Assembly (NCBI GenBank): GCA_049903315.1
Contig: JBNGBT010000010.1
Span: 1-64,000 of the forward strand
Direction of reading: 5' to 3'
Length of the DNA stretch: 64,000 bases
Source of the DNA: Candidatus Cloacimonadota bacterium
GTDB taxonomy: Bacteria > Cloacimonadota > Cloacimonadia > JGIOTU-2
Positions 11,573 to 21,117 of the stretch are shown in pieces (positions within the stretch are counted from its first letter, which is position 1; every line of letters begins with the position of its first letter). The translations under genes and the position numbers were made by a program. Below the pieces are notes generated by a model. It ran no database searches, had not been told where the DNA came from, and saw only the letters and a list, made by a program, of their open reading frames with translations.

Positions 11573-12550
11573 TTAATGTATTATTTTTGCTTTTTGTTTT
11601 AATTCTTCAGGAATTACTATATCTAATTTTTTTGCTGTTTTTTCGTTGATCGTAAGTGTTCCTTTTTTAGGCATTCTGACAGGAAGGTCTGCGGGATTTG
11701 TACCGCTCAGGATTTCTTTTGCCATGAGCGCTGCTTCCTTTCCCTGTTCATACCCGGATTGTGTTTCACCACAAAGTACGCCACCCTTCACGGAAAATTC
11801 CTCGAAGCTGAAAGTGGGAAGAGTGTTATTTTCCAGCGTCCATTTAAGCACGTGTTCGGACGGGACACTCTCTTCAGAATTCGGTTCTTCCAGCGTAAAA
11901 TATAGATAGATACCCAGTGCATCAACTTCCGTTTGAATTTTTCTTACATACTTTTTCCAGTCATCATAATTACTCGTTTTGTATACTTCATATAATTTTA
12001 CTGAGAAATTTTCTTGTGTAAACCTGCTCGCAGTTGCCTGTGAAGTGACACTGTTGTCAGAAATAATGGCGATCGATTCTACAGATGGGGCGAGTTTTTT
12101 CAGCAGATCAATTGTGCCGGAGATAAGATTGCGTTCGATCACACCCGTAATGTTTTTTGCAGGCATACCATACACTTTTGGATCTTCATTGATTCCTGCA
12201 AAGATAAAAGGAAGTTTTTTATTGATGAACTGGGTCGCAACAAGCTTGCATGCATTATCATCACACACAATGACAAGATCGGGTTTGAAGGAAACGATTT
12301 TTTCAAGCACCTCATTCGTGACGTTCTTTTCCCATGTTTTACTCGTTTTCCTTTTCGTATCCATATAAAAAGATTCAATAACAATATTTTGGTTCTTAAA
12401 AACGTCATCAATGCCCATTTTTTCCTGCTGGCACCATTCATATTCCGGATGATAGCTGTAGATAACCAATAACTTTTCAGAAGATTTGGAGCAGCCCATA
12501 ACGGCAAGTAGAACTACGAACAATACTATGATGCTTTTTTTCATGACCAT
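11573..12550 (-). CDS. ABC-transporter substrate-binding-like lipoprotein with no adjacent permease or ATPase
   Basis: Lipobox VMGC; SYHPEYEW, CDDNA, NITGVIE, EQGKEAA and TINEKTAKKL match the ABC_sub_bind-type periplasmic fold. Confidence 0.75.
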   Translation of the reverse strand: MVMKKSIIVLFVVLLAVMGCSKSSEKLLVIYSYHPEYEWCQQEKMGIDDVFKNQNIVIESFYMDTKRKTSKTWEKNVTNEVLEKIVSFKPDLVIVCDDNACKLVATQFINKKLPFIFAGINEDPKVYGMPAKNITGVIERNLISGTIDLLKKLAPSVESIAIISDNSVTSQATASRFTQENFSVKLYEVYKTSNYDDWKKYVRKIQTEVDALGIYLYFTLEEPNSEESVPSEHVLKWTLENNTLPTFSFEEFSVKGGVLCGETQSGYEQGKEAALMAKEILSGTNPADLPVRMPKKGTLTINEKTAKKLDIVIPEELKQKAKIIH

Positions 12551-12613
12551 TCTCCTTGAATGATAACTTTTATCAATTTGTTATTTTTGATTGTCAAGAG
12601 AATAGCAATATGA

Positions 12614-14335
12614 TCACAAAATCAGGTTGAGGAGACCCCCGACAATAATTGTTGAAAGCATCATAATCCCTGCAGATTTCAGCATATCTTTAATGCCGAG
12701 TTCTTTGAGCAAAACCGCAAAGGTGGCTATGCAGGGAAAATACATGGTGAGCACAACCGAAGAAACGATCATTTGAGATTTTGAGAGTCCGAGCGGGATG
12801 AGCATTCCTACTGCGACATCCTTCCTGAGAAACCCAATTATTAGCGCTCCAACTGCCCCTTTTGGCAAACCGAATATTCCTTTCACAAGAGGAGCTGCAA
12901 GGTTCCCGATAAATTGAATGATGCCTGAAAAATAGAGAATATTCACAACAAGCACACCAACTATGACAAATGGAACCGCCTCTTTGATGAACCACAAAAC
13001 CCTCATCCATACCTTCTTAAACAAACCGGGGATATAAGGAAATCTGTACGGAGGTATTTCTACGAAAATCTCGGGGCTTTCCCCTTTCATAAATGTGTTG
13101 AGAATAAGCCCGAGTATGATCCAGACAATAAAGAGAGTTCCAAACACAATTAAAATTGCACCTACACCATAAGAACCGACAAGTCCGAATATCATTGCGA
13201 TCTGAGCCATGCAGGGAATCGCAATTGCCATCAGGGTTGCTGCAATAAAGCGTTCACGTCGTGTTTCCAGAACTCGTGTGGCTAAAGCACCGGGCACATT
13301 ACAGCCAACACCAAGGAGCATCGGGATGATCGCAAGCCCGTGAATGCCGAGTTTATGCATGAACTTGTCAATAAGTATTCCTAATCGAGGTAAGTAGCCT
13401 GAATCCTCAACAAAACTCAACACAAAATAGAATGAAATTATGTAGGGAAGCACCATGCCGAGTGGTACGAACAAGCCGGTCGAGAGCAGCCCAAGAGATT
13501 CAACATAAGCAATAGTACCATTCACAAGTTTACCGAGTAAAATGTCATGAAAGAATCCCGATCCGCCAAGAAGCGTTGAGAGCTTCATGAGTATCGGAGT
13601 CCAAAGTTTATTAAAAAGTGGTTCCATTATGTATCTGATTATTGATTCTCCAATAAAACGAATAATCGTGAAAGATATTGCGAGAATAATAACTGCAATC
13701 GGCAAACCTGCAATCGGGTGGATAGAGGCATCACCAATACGTTCCCATAAAGTATGATGACGATGCGAAAGCTGTTGGGTTTTATCAATAATATGCCCGA
13801 TTTCATTCCAGATGTTTTCATCTTTATACTTCAATGAACTCGATTTTGCCTGCTCCAATGAGTCCACGAGATGTTTGATGCCTTCACCGGTAATTCCGCA
13901 GGTAGTAAAGATTGGAACGTCAAGCTCCTGCTGAAGTTTTTCTACATTTATAGAAACACCTGTGTGTTTGCACTCATCCCAGAAATTGAGGACTACGACC
14001 ATTGGGATTTTTCTTTGTATAAGTTGAAGTGTAAGGTGGAGATTTCTTTCAAGATTTGTGGCATCTATGACGTTTACTATTATTGCCTGCTTGTCGTCTT
14101 TTATATCGTCGAGCATCTGCACTGCGACTTCTTCGGCACGGGAAGTGGGATCTAATGTATAAGTGCCGGGCACATCGATGACCTCGATGCGTTTGCCTTC
14201 ATGGCGAAGTACTCCTTTTGTGAAACCAACTGTGGTACCGGGATAATTTGACGCAATGACATTCACGCCGGTCAGACGGGAAAATATAACACTTTTGCCT
14301 ACATTTGGATTTCCGATCAATAGAATTTTATTCAT
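12614..14335 (-). CDS. feoB: Ferrous iron transporter B
   Basis: GNPNVGKS, NYPGTTV, DVPGTY, EDSGYLPR and GVGCNVPG motifs plus TM domain. Confidence 0.96.
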   Translation of the reverse strand: MNKILLIGNPNVGKSVIFSRLTGVNVIASNYPGTTVGFTKGVLRHEGKRIEVIDVPGTYTLDPTSRAEEVAVQMLDDIKDDKQAIIVNVIDATNLERNLHLTLQLIQRKIPMVVVLNFWDECKHTGVSINVEKLQQELDVPIFTTCGITGEGIKHLVDSLEQAKSSSLKYKDENIWNEIGHIIDKTQQLSHRHHTLWERIGDASIHPIAGLPIAVIILAISFTIIRFIGESIIRYIMEPLFNKLWTPILMKLSTLLGGSGFFHDILLGKLVNGTIAYVESLGLLSTGLFVPLGMVLPYIISFYFVLSFVEDSGYLPRLGILIDKFMHKLGIHGLAIIPMLLGVGCNVPGALATRVLETRRERFIAATLMAIAIPCMAQIAMIFGLVGSYGVGAILIVFGTLFIVWIILGLILNTFMKGESPEIFVEIPPYRFPYIPGLFKKVWMRVLWFIKEAVPFVIVGVLVVNILYFSGIIQFIGNLAAPLVKGIFGLPKGAVGALIIGFLRKDVAVGMLIPLGLSKSQMIVSSVVLTMYFPCIATFAVLLKELGIKDMLKSAGIMMLSTIIVGGLLNLIL

Positions 14336-14570
14336 TACTAATTCTTTCTACAAAAATTCTTCGAGCCATACCATGCCCGAGTGCAACTTGTGAGTTTCCG
14401 ACCTGAATGGTAACCGGACCATGAAAGAGCTGAGAGGAGATTTTTTTTATAACTGCATGGGGGCGCAAGCCAAGAGAGCTCATACGTCTTTCAAATAATC
14501 TTCCTCCGTGGTGTGAGACAATGACGGCACTTTCACCTTTTTTAAGTTCTATAAGTGGAATTCTGTTCAT
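14328..14570 (-). CDS. feoA: Ferrous iron transport protein A
   Basis: 80 aa, RRMSSLGLRP and GPVTIQVGNSQVALG; overlaps feoB start. Confidence 0.92.
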   Translation of the reverse strand: MNRIPLIELKKGESAVIVSHHGGRLFERRMSSLGLRPHAVIKKISSQLFHGPVTIQVGNSQVALGHGMARRIFVERISNE

Positions 14571-14579
14571 TACTAACCT

Positions 14580-15026
14580 CTACTTTTCATTTTCCCGGCA
14601 TTCTTTGCAGATGCCGCATATCCTGAGTGTATGACCGGTCATTAAAAATTCATTTTGCTTTGCAATTTGCTTCTGGAGTGCTTCGATTTTATCAGAATGG
14701 AATTCAATAATTTTGCCGCATTTACTACAAATAAGATGATCATGATGTGCTTCGTCTTTCATGCGTTCGTAAATATACGCGCCGCTTTGCAATTGTGTAT
14801 TTGTAACCAATCCGCTTTTCACAAGCAGGTCAAGAGTGCGGTACACTGTTGCCCGTGAGATCGTATAGCCGTTCTGCTTGAGATCGAGATAGAGTTCGTC
14901 TGCACTGAAATGATCTGAACGCGAAAGGACATATTGTGTTATTTGTTCCCGCTCTGCTGACCAGAGTGAATTCTTATTCTTTAAGAAGTTTTTAAACTGA
15001 TTAATTTTTTTATTCATTTTTTTCAT
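14580..15026 (-). CDS. fur: Fur family transcriptional repressor
   Basis: HFSADELY, SRATVYRTL, HHDHLICSKCG and C-terminal CKEC; directly upstream of feoAB. Confidence 0.93.
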   Translation of the reverse strand: MKKMNKKINQFKNFLKNKNSLWSAEREQITQYVLSRSDHFSADELYLDLKQNGYTISRATVYRTLDLLVKSGLVTNTQLQSGAYIYERMKDEAHHDHLICSKCGKIIEFHSDKIEALQKQIAKQNEFLMTGHTLRICGICKECRENEK

Positions 15027-15034
15027 TCTCTAAG

Positions 15035-15053
15035 ATTGAGACACAGTCTCAAT
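15035..15053. promoter_or_regulatory. Candidate Fur operator ATTGAGAC-ACA-GTCTCAAT
   Basis: Perfect 8-3-8 inverted repeat 9 bp upstream of fur, overlapping the expected -10 position of a minus-strand TTGACA (15067-15072). Confidence 0.7.
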
Positions 15054-15086
15054 TAGAATATATGAATGTCAAGGAAAATGCAAAAT

Positions 15087-15113
15087 AAAAACCCGAAGCA
15101 AAACTCCGGGTTT
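15087..15113 (-). terminator. Intrinsic terminator
   Basis: Minus strand AAACCCGGAG-TTTTG-CTTCGGGTTTTT after the 15137-16039 gene. Confidence 0.7.
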
Positions 15114-15136
15114 GATAAATTGTTGTACGTAATTAA

Positions 15137-16039
15137 TTAAATCGAAAAGCCCACACCAGCGCGAAGCGTTTGATATTTTCCAACTGAGTAATCGAGCATC
15201 ACGTCGAGGAGTAATATTTTTAATCGTGCACCTGCTGTAAATCGGAAACCGTTATCTCCATTGATGTCAAAATCGATAGGAATTTCTGTACCCGACCAGG
15301 GCTCAGTGTACGTATATTTTGCTTTGAGTTGTGTACTTTCATATCCAATACCTCCATAAAAAGTGAGAGGAAGAACAATCAGCCCTCTGCTTGCATGAAT
15401 ATTTACAAAAGCGCTGTTCACGGTTACTACATCGCCCAGTTTCAACTGTTGATAGGAACCCTGAATAGAAATCGGTAGGATCGCTGAGAGCACAGGAATA
15501 AGTTTACTGACCTGGTATTTTAAACCACCGCCGACAAAGGAGATTTTACCCATATCTTTTATTTCATAAGGAGGAATATAACGGACTTCTAGTTCGAATC
15601 CGGCAGGAAGACCAAGATGGGCTTGAGGTACAATAAGTGGTATAGCTTTTAAATCTAAGCCCTTCGGCATGTAGAGATCGGGTACGACCTGTGGATCTTT
15701 TGTAGTAAATAAAGCGCCGTTATTTCCCCAGACGGTTGCCGATACTTCATAATCACCATTATACAGATCTGTATTCGGATTGTGAGCCAGGAATGTTTTC
15801 TCGCCATCCGGTACAACTGCAAGCATTGCATTAAAGGTAAGTCCAAAACTCATAGGGCTTGTCTTTGCAGTGCTGAACCAACCGGAATTTAGGTCACTCC
15901 CAAAAGCATTCACAAAGGGCTTCATGTATTTTTCACCATTCTCAGTTCCAAGTTGCTTCAAATCATTAATAATATCTCCGTGAACGAGAGAAACCGAACA
16001 GAACACGATAAAAAGAAAAATTGATACGATCTTTTTCAT
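15137..16039 (-). CDS. Outer-membrane beta-barrel protein (DUF6588-like)
   Basis: Signal peptide, YMKPFVNAFGSDLNSGWF segment, amphipathic strands, terminal GFSI; start set at ATG 16039 after GGAGG. Confidence 0.7.
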   Translation of the reverse strand: MKKIVSIFLFIVFCSVSLVHGDIINDLKQLGTENGEKYMKPFVNAFGSDLNSGWFSTAKTSPMSFGLTFNAMLAVVPDGEKTFLAHNPNTDLYNGDYEVSATVWGNNGALFTTKDPQVVPDLYMPKGLDLKAIPLIVPQAHLGLPAGFELEVRYIPPYEIKDMGKISFVGGGLKYQVSKLIPVLSAILPISIQGSYQQLKLGDVVTVNSAFVNIHASRGLIVLPLTFYGGIGYESTQLKAKYTYTEPWSGTEIPIDFDINGDNGFRFTAGARLKILLLDVMLDYSVGKYQTLRAGVGFSI

Positions 16040-16107
16040 GTGTGCCTCCATAAATTTTAAATTGAACTTTTTATTAAGGTGTAAATTGTCAAGTAATACA
16101 AAATATT

Positions 16108-17310
16108 CTATTCTGTAATCAGTTTACAAAACCGCCGTTTCCCAACCTTGATGACCATGCCATTATCAGGCACCAGTTCGAAATCCATATCAGAAATTTT
16201 ATCTCCATTTATAGAAACCGCACCCTGTTTGATCATTCTTCTGCCTTCACCATTGGACTGCACTAGACCTGCATCGTTGAGAAGTTGAACTAGCCATATC
16301 TTTTCGGATTTCAATTGATATTCAGGCATTTCATCAGGAATTTCTTTTTGTCCAAAGACCGTATTGAAATGATTCTCAGCTTTCTCGGCAGCAGCTTTAT
16401 CATGATAAAGCTCCACGACCTGCCTTGCGAGTTTTTGTTTTATGAGCTTCGGATTTACTCCATTTTCAAGCTCTTTTTTCATAGCTGCAATCTCTTCGGG
16501 TGTCGAAAAGGCGGCGTAGAGGAAATAATTCTCGATCAGCTCATCAGGAATGGACATGATCTTGCCATATTTATCTTCGGGAGAATCAAATATTGCGATG
16601 TAATTACCAAGACTTTTGCTCATTTTTTCTACACCGTCAGTTCCGATAAGAATGGGCATCAGCACGGCAACCTGTTCCGGCATATCGAAATATCTCTGCA
16701 TGTCACGCCCGGCAAGAATATTGAACTTCTGCTCGGTTGCACCAAGCTCTACATCAGCTTTAATTGCGACGGAATCATACGCCTGCAAGATCGGGTACAT
16801 AAGCTCGTGCAAGCCAAAAGGGAGATTTTCTTCATAGCGCCTGCGGAACGTGTCGTGCGCCATGATCTGTGCCATAGTGAATTTCCCGAGTAAGGAAATA
16901 AATTCAGAAAGCTGCATCGGACCGAACCATTCACTCTGATACCGTACTTCAGTTTTGTCTTTATCCAACACATGATAGAGCTGCTCCATGTATTGTTCTG
17001 CATTGCGTTTTACGTCTTCAGCCGAAAGATGGGGACGCGACTCGTTTTTACCGGTCGGGTCACCGATTTGTGCAGTATAATCTCCGATCACTATCACGCC
17101 TATGTGCCCGAGATCCTGAAATCTGCGCATAATGCGAACCGGCACCATGTGCCCGATATGCACATCAGCAGCAGTGGGATCAATACCGTATTTTATCCTG
17201 AGAGGAATATTTTTTTTCTGAGAATATTCGAGTTTTTTCATGAGTTCATCTTCGGGAATGATCTCTTCGACTCCCTGTTTAATGATCTCCATTTGCTTTT
17301 GTATATCCAA
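16108..17310 (-). CDS. tyrS: Tyrosine--tRNA ligase
   Basis: GIDPTAADVHIGH, YPILQAYD, KMSKS and C-terminal S4 domain. Confidence 0.97.
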   Translation of the reverse strand: MDIQKQMEIIKQGVEEIIPEDELMKKLEYSQKKNIPLRIKYGIDPTAADVHIGHMVPVRIMRRFQDLGHIGVIVIGDYTAQIGDPTGKNESRPHLSAEDVKRNAEQYMEQLYHVLDKDKTEVRYQSEWFGPMQLSEFISLLGKFTMAQIMAHDTFRRRYEENLPFGLHELMYPILQAYDSVAIKADVELGATEQKFNILAGRDMQRYFDMPEQVAVLMPILIGTDGVEKMSKSLGNYIAIFDSPEDKYGKIMSIPDELIENYFLYAAFSTPEEIAAMKKELENGVNPKLIKQKLARQVVELYHDKAAAEKAENHFNTVFGQKEIPDEMPEYQLKSEKIWLVQLLNDAGLVQSNGEGRRMIKQGAVSINGDKISDMDFELVPDNGMVIKVGKRRFCKLITE

Positions 17311-17394
17311 AATTTCTCCCGATCATATAATCTTATTCATAGGTTTATTCTTGACAACAGATATGCTCGATTTAAGAGCTGAATCATAAATAAT

Positions 17395-17482
17395 TGGTGC
17401 TGAAGAGGGGACTCGAACCCCTACATCCATAATGGACACTAGGTCCTGAACCTAGCGCGTCTACCACTTCCGCCACTTCAGC
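17395..17482 (-). tRNA. tRNA-Leu(CAG)
   Basis: Minus strand GCTGAAG...CTTCAGC-ACCA acceptor, anticodon arm CTAGG-TTCAGGA-CCTAG, long variable arm, GGTTCGAGTCC T-arm, encoded CCA. Confidence 0.96.
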
Positions 17483-17573
17483 ACGAGTGAGAAAATTCAG
17501 ATACATGCTTCGGAGCGTCAAGAAAATTGCATTATGAGATAATGCGGTGATAATCAATAAGGAAATATTTTGT

Positions 17574-18146
17574 ATGAACAAAAAAGTGATAGAGATACTT
17601 CTCGTTGAATCCGGTGCTTTTCTGGAAGGTCATTTCACGCTGACCTCCGGCAAGCACAGCCAATATTATGTTGAAAAGATCAAAATCATTCAACGACCTG
17701 AAGATGTGGAAATAATCGGAAAAGCATTTGCTGCGAAATGTGCACATCTTGATTTTGATGTCGTCGTAAGCCCGGCCCTTGGAGCGATCGTCCTCGGTTA
17801 TGAAGTTGCAAAACAGATCGGCAAAAGGTTCGTGTTCACTCAAAGAAAAGATGGCAAGATGGCAATCCGCAGCGGTTTCGATCTGCAACCAAACGAAAAA
17901 GTGCTTATTATCGAAGATGTGACCACAACAGGCGGGAGCGTTTTTGAGGTGATCGAATGTATCAAAGAAAGAAATGCAGATATCGTTGGCGTAGGGCTTG
18001 TAGTTGACAGGAGCGGAGGTTCGATAGATTTTGGCGTGCCGATTTTTCCGTTATTGACTTTGAAGATCGAGGCGTACGATCCGGATAAATGTCCCTTATG
18101 TAGAAGGAATATTCCTATTACAAAACCGGGATCGAGTGGTAAATAA
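17574..18146 (+). CDS. pyrE: Orotate phosphoribosyltransferase
   Basis: GHFTLTSGKHSQYY and PRPP motif VLIIEDVTTTGGS; start set at ATG 17574. Confidence 0.93.
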   Translation: MNKKVIEILLVESGAFLEGHFTLTSGKHSQYYVEKIKIIQRPEDVEIIGKAFAAKCAHLDFDVVVSPALGAIVLGYEVAKQIGKRFVFTQRKDGKMAIRSGFDLQPNEKVLIIEDVTTTGGSVFEVIECIKERNADIVGVGLVVDRSGGSIDFGVPIFPLLTLKIEAYDPDKCPLCRRNIPITKPGSSGK

Positions 18147-18172
18147 AAGAATATTTAAGGAGTTTATAAAAC

Positions 18173-19864
18173 ATGAAAATTGTTGAATGTGTTCCGAATT
18201 TTAGTGAAGGACGAGATCTCGCAATTATCAAGCAGATCACTGACAAGATAGAAGAAGTCGATGGCGTGGTGCTGCTTGATGTCGATCCTGGTAAAGATAC
18301 GAACAGAACTGTGGTTACTATGGTGGGTACTCCTGACGCTGTCGAGGAAGCAGCTTTCAGAGCGATAAAAAAAGCATCCGAAATAATCGACTTGCGGCAG
18401 CATTCCGGCGCACATCCACGAATGGGAGCGACGGACGTATGCCCCTTTGTGCCAGTAGCAGGTGTGACAACAGAAGACTGCGTAGAGATTTCTAAAAAAC
18501 TCGGTAAACGTGTAGGCGAAGAGCTGGAAATACCAGTATTTCTATATGAACATTCTGCATCAACTCCCGAAAGACAAAACCTTGCAAACATTCGCAAAGG
18601 TGAGTTCGAAGGACTGCCAAAGAAGTTGGAAGACCCGCATTGGAAACCGGATTTTGGTCCCGCAAAATGTCATGAAAAAGCAGGCGGTCTTGTGACAGGT
18701 GCACGTGAATTTCTTATTGCCTACAACATAGATTTGAATACAAGAGATACACAAAAAGCAAAGGAGATCGCCCTTGCAATTCGTGAAAAAGGTCGCAGAA
18801 TGCGCGATGAGAACTACCAACCTGTTAAAGATGACGAAGGCAATCTCGTTATAATACCCGGAATTTTTGACTATGTCAAAGCAATCGGATGGTATATTCC
18901 TGAATATGGACAGGCGCAGATATCGATTAATCTTACCAATTACAAAATCGCTTCCCCGCATCTTGTTTTTGATAAAGTGCGGGAGATCGCAATGGAAAAT
19001 GGGCTGGTCGTTACAGGCAGCGAACTCGTCGGATTAATCCCCCTAGAGGCGATGCTGAATGCAGGAAGATATTTTCTGGAGAAACAGGGCTCATCCTATG
19101 CAGTGTCCGATAAAGAGTTAGTCCATACTGCGATAGTGTCACTCGGCTTGAACGACATCTCAAAGTTTGATCCTCATGAGAAAATTATCGAGTACAAAAT
19201 TGCAAAACAGGATTTGCTGGTCAATCTCACAGTAATAGACTTTGTTGATGAGCTTGCTTCGGATTCACCTGCCCCGGGCGGTGGTAGCGTTGCCGCTTTA
19301 TGTGGAAGTCTAGCAGCTGGTTTGACTGCCATGGTGGGCAATCTGACAACCGGTAAATACAAGTTCAAGAATTCGGAAGAGAGAATTGCGTACAAAGAGA
19401 ACGAAGCCCGGATGCTCACTATGGCATGGGAAGCCCAGCAGATGAAAAAGCATCTCATGGATGCGATCGATAAAGACACCGAAGCATTTAACAGCTACAT
19501 GGCAGCAATGAAACTCCCAAAGAAAACTGAAGAAGAGAAAAAAATACGCACTGCGGCTATTCAGGTAGCGATAAAAAATGCCACTCAGGTTCCACTTCAT
19601 ACAATGAAGCTGTGTTGGGAAGTCATTGTGCTTGCAGATGCTGCTGCGAAATATGGCAATCAAAACGCGCTTTCTGATGCAGGAGTTTCTGCGATGACTG
19701 CCCTCACGGGTGGAAAAAGCGCATACCTAAATGTGTTGATTAATCTACCGGGCATCAAAGATGAAGGGTTCAAAAAGAAGATCAGGGAACAAGCAGATAA
19801 GATATTGAATCAGTCAATTGAACTCGCAACCAAAATTGAAAAAAGTGTTTTAGAAAAACTATAA
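18173..19864 (+). CDS. ftcD: Bifunctional glutamate formiminotransferase / formiminotetrahydrofolate cyclodeaminase
   Basis: ECVPNFSEGR and HPRMGATDVCPF in the N-terminal domain; SPAPGGGS and SDAGV in the C-terminal domain. Confidence 0.95.
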   Translation: MKIVECVPNFSEGRDLAIIKQITDKIEEVDGVVLLDVDPGKDTNRTVVTMVGTPDAVEEAAFRAIKKASEIIDLRQHSGAHPRMGATDVCPFVPVAGVTTEDCVEISKKLGKRVGEELEIPVFLYEHSASTPERQNLANIRKGEFEGLPKKLEDPHWKPDFGPAKCHEKAGGLVTGAREFLIAYNIDLNTRDTQKAKEIALAIREKGRRMRDENYQPVKDDEGNLVIIPGIFDYVKAIGWYIPEYGQAQISINLTNYKIASPHLVFDKVREIAMENGLVVTGSELVGLIPLEAMLNAGRYFLEKQGSSYAVSDKELVHTAIVSLGLNDISKFDPHEKIIEYKIAKQDLLVNLTVIDFVDELASDSPAPGGGSVAALCGSLAAGLTAMVGNLTTGKYKFKNSEERIAYKENEARMLTMAWEAQQMKKHLMDAIDKDTEAFNSYMAAMKLPKKTEEEKKIRTAAIQVAIKNATQVPLHTMKLCWEVIVLADAAAKYGNQNALSDAGVSAMTALTGGKSAYLNVLINLPGIKDEGFKKKIREQADKILNQSIELATKIEKSVLEKL

Positions 19865-19882
19865 ACTCTCACATGGAAATTT

Positions 19883-19920
19883 GGATGCACATGAATGGAT
19901 AATTTGTGTGCATCTTTTTT
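19883..19920 (+). terminator. Intrinsic terminator after ftcD
   Basis: GGATGCACA...TGTGCATCT stem followed by a T run. Confidence 0.65.
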
Positions 19921-19961
19921 GTGAAGTTGTCATATGAATTTATTGAATAGAAAGAGGTGTA

Positions 19962-21116
19962 ATGAATAAGAATATTGCAGTGTTAGGAGCAGGTCTTGTG
20001 GGTCATGCTATTGTGGAAGACCTGGCACGAGATAATGAATTTCAGATAACAATTTTTGATAATGATCCTGCGAAACTCAAAAAGTTTGAGAATGCAGAGA
20101 ATGTAAAAACTCGGCAAGTAGATCTTTTAAAAGAAGAGGTTTTTACGAGTTTATTGGAAGGAATCGATCTCGCAATTTCTGCAGTGCCCGGGTTTATGGG
20201 ATTTGAAACACTTCTAAAGATAATCAAAACTGGAACAGATGTTGTCGATATTGCCTTTTTCCCCGAAGAACCATTCCAGCTCGATCAGTTTGCACAAGAG
20301 CATGGTGTGACCGCAGTGATAGACTGTGGAGTTGCGCCGGGACTCTGCAATATTATACTGGGTTATCAAAATGCGCAAATGGATAATATTTCACGCTATG
20401 AGTGCTATGTGGGTGGACTGCCTAAAGTGCGCACAATGCCTTTTCAGTACAAGGCAGGATTTTCCCCAATTGATGTGCTGGAAGAATACATCAGACCTGC
20501 ACGCTTTATCGAATTCGGCAAAGTGGTTGTAAAGCCCGCACTTTCCGATATCGAGCACATTGATGTGCCCGGCGTGGGAACGCTTGAAGCATTCAATACG
20601 GATGGACTCCGCTCGTTGCTGAAAACTATTAATGTTCCCTTTATGAAAGAGAAAACCCTTCGATATCCGGGACATGCAGGGATCATGCAGATGCTGCGGG
20701 ATAATGATTTTCTCAGTTATAAAGAAATAGAAGTCAATGGCAAGAAGATAAAGCCGATTGACCTCACCTCCACACTCCTCTTCAAAAACTGGCAATTCGA
20801 TGAAGGCGAGGAAGATATGACATTTATGCGTGTCATTATAGATGGGAAAAAGGGTACATCACATTCTACATTCACCTATGACCTGCTTGATTCTTATGAT
20901 AAAAATACTGGCACGACTTCCATGGCGAGAACCACGGGCTACACATGTACTGCTGTTGCAAGACTTCTCCTTTCAGGAGCTTTTACCAGAAAGGGTATCT
21001 GTCCTCCGGAATATATCGGGCAAAACGAAGCATGCTATCGATCTGTGCTCGATCAACTTTCGAAAAGGAATATTGTACTGGAAGAAAAAATTACAAAAGA
21101 TAAAAATAACGCATGA
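19962..21116 (+). CDS. Saccharopine dehydrogenase family protein (lysine 6-dehydrogenase-like)
   Basis: Rossmann GAGLVG, DCGVAPGL, VGGLP, TDGLRSL, KTLRYPGH and SMARTTGY motifs. Confidence 0.85.
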   Translation: MNKNIAVLGAGLVGHAIVEDLARDNEFQITIFDNDPAKLKKFENAENVKTRQVDLLKEEVFTSLLEGIDLAISAVPGFMGFETLLKIIKTGTDVVDIAFFPEEPFQLDQFAQEHGVTAVIDCGVAPGLCNIILGYQNAQMDNISRYECYVGGLPKVRTMPFQYKAGFSPIDVLEEYIRPARFIEFGKVVVKPALSDIEHIDVPGVGTLEAFNTDGLRSLLKTINVPFMKEKTLRYPGHAGIMQMLRDNDFLSYKEIEVNGKKIKPIDLTSTLLFKNWQFDEGEEDMTFMRVIIDGKKGTSHSTFTYDLLDSYDKNTGTTSMARTTGYTCTAVARLLLSGAFTRKGICPPEYIGQNEACYRSVLDQLSKRNIVLEEKITKDKNNA

Positions 21117-21117
21117 T

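Noticed and set aside
17311..17394. T-box leader for tyrS
   Set aside because: Only 84 bp between tRNA and tyrS, no T-box consensus
17395..17482. tRNA-Leu (and tRNA-Val) as prophage or island attachment sites
   Set aside because: No integrase and no duplicated tRNA 3' end seen; flanks are housekeeping genes
17384..17581. 65-aa minus-strand ORF
   Set aside because: Overlaps tRNA-Leu; spurious
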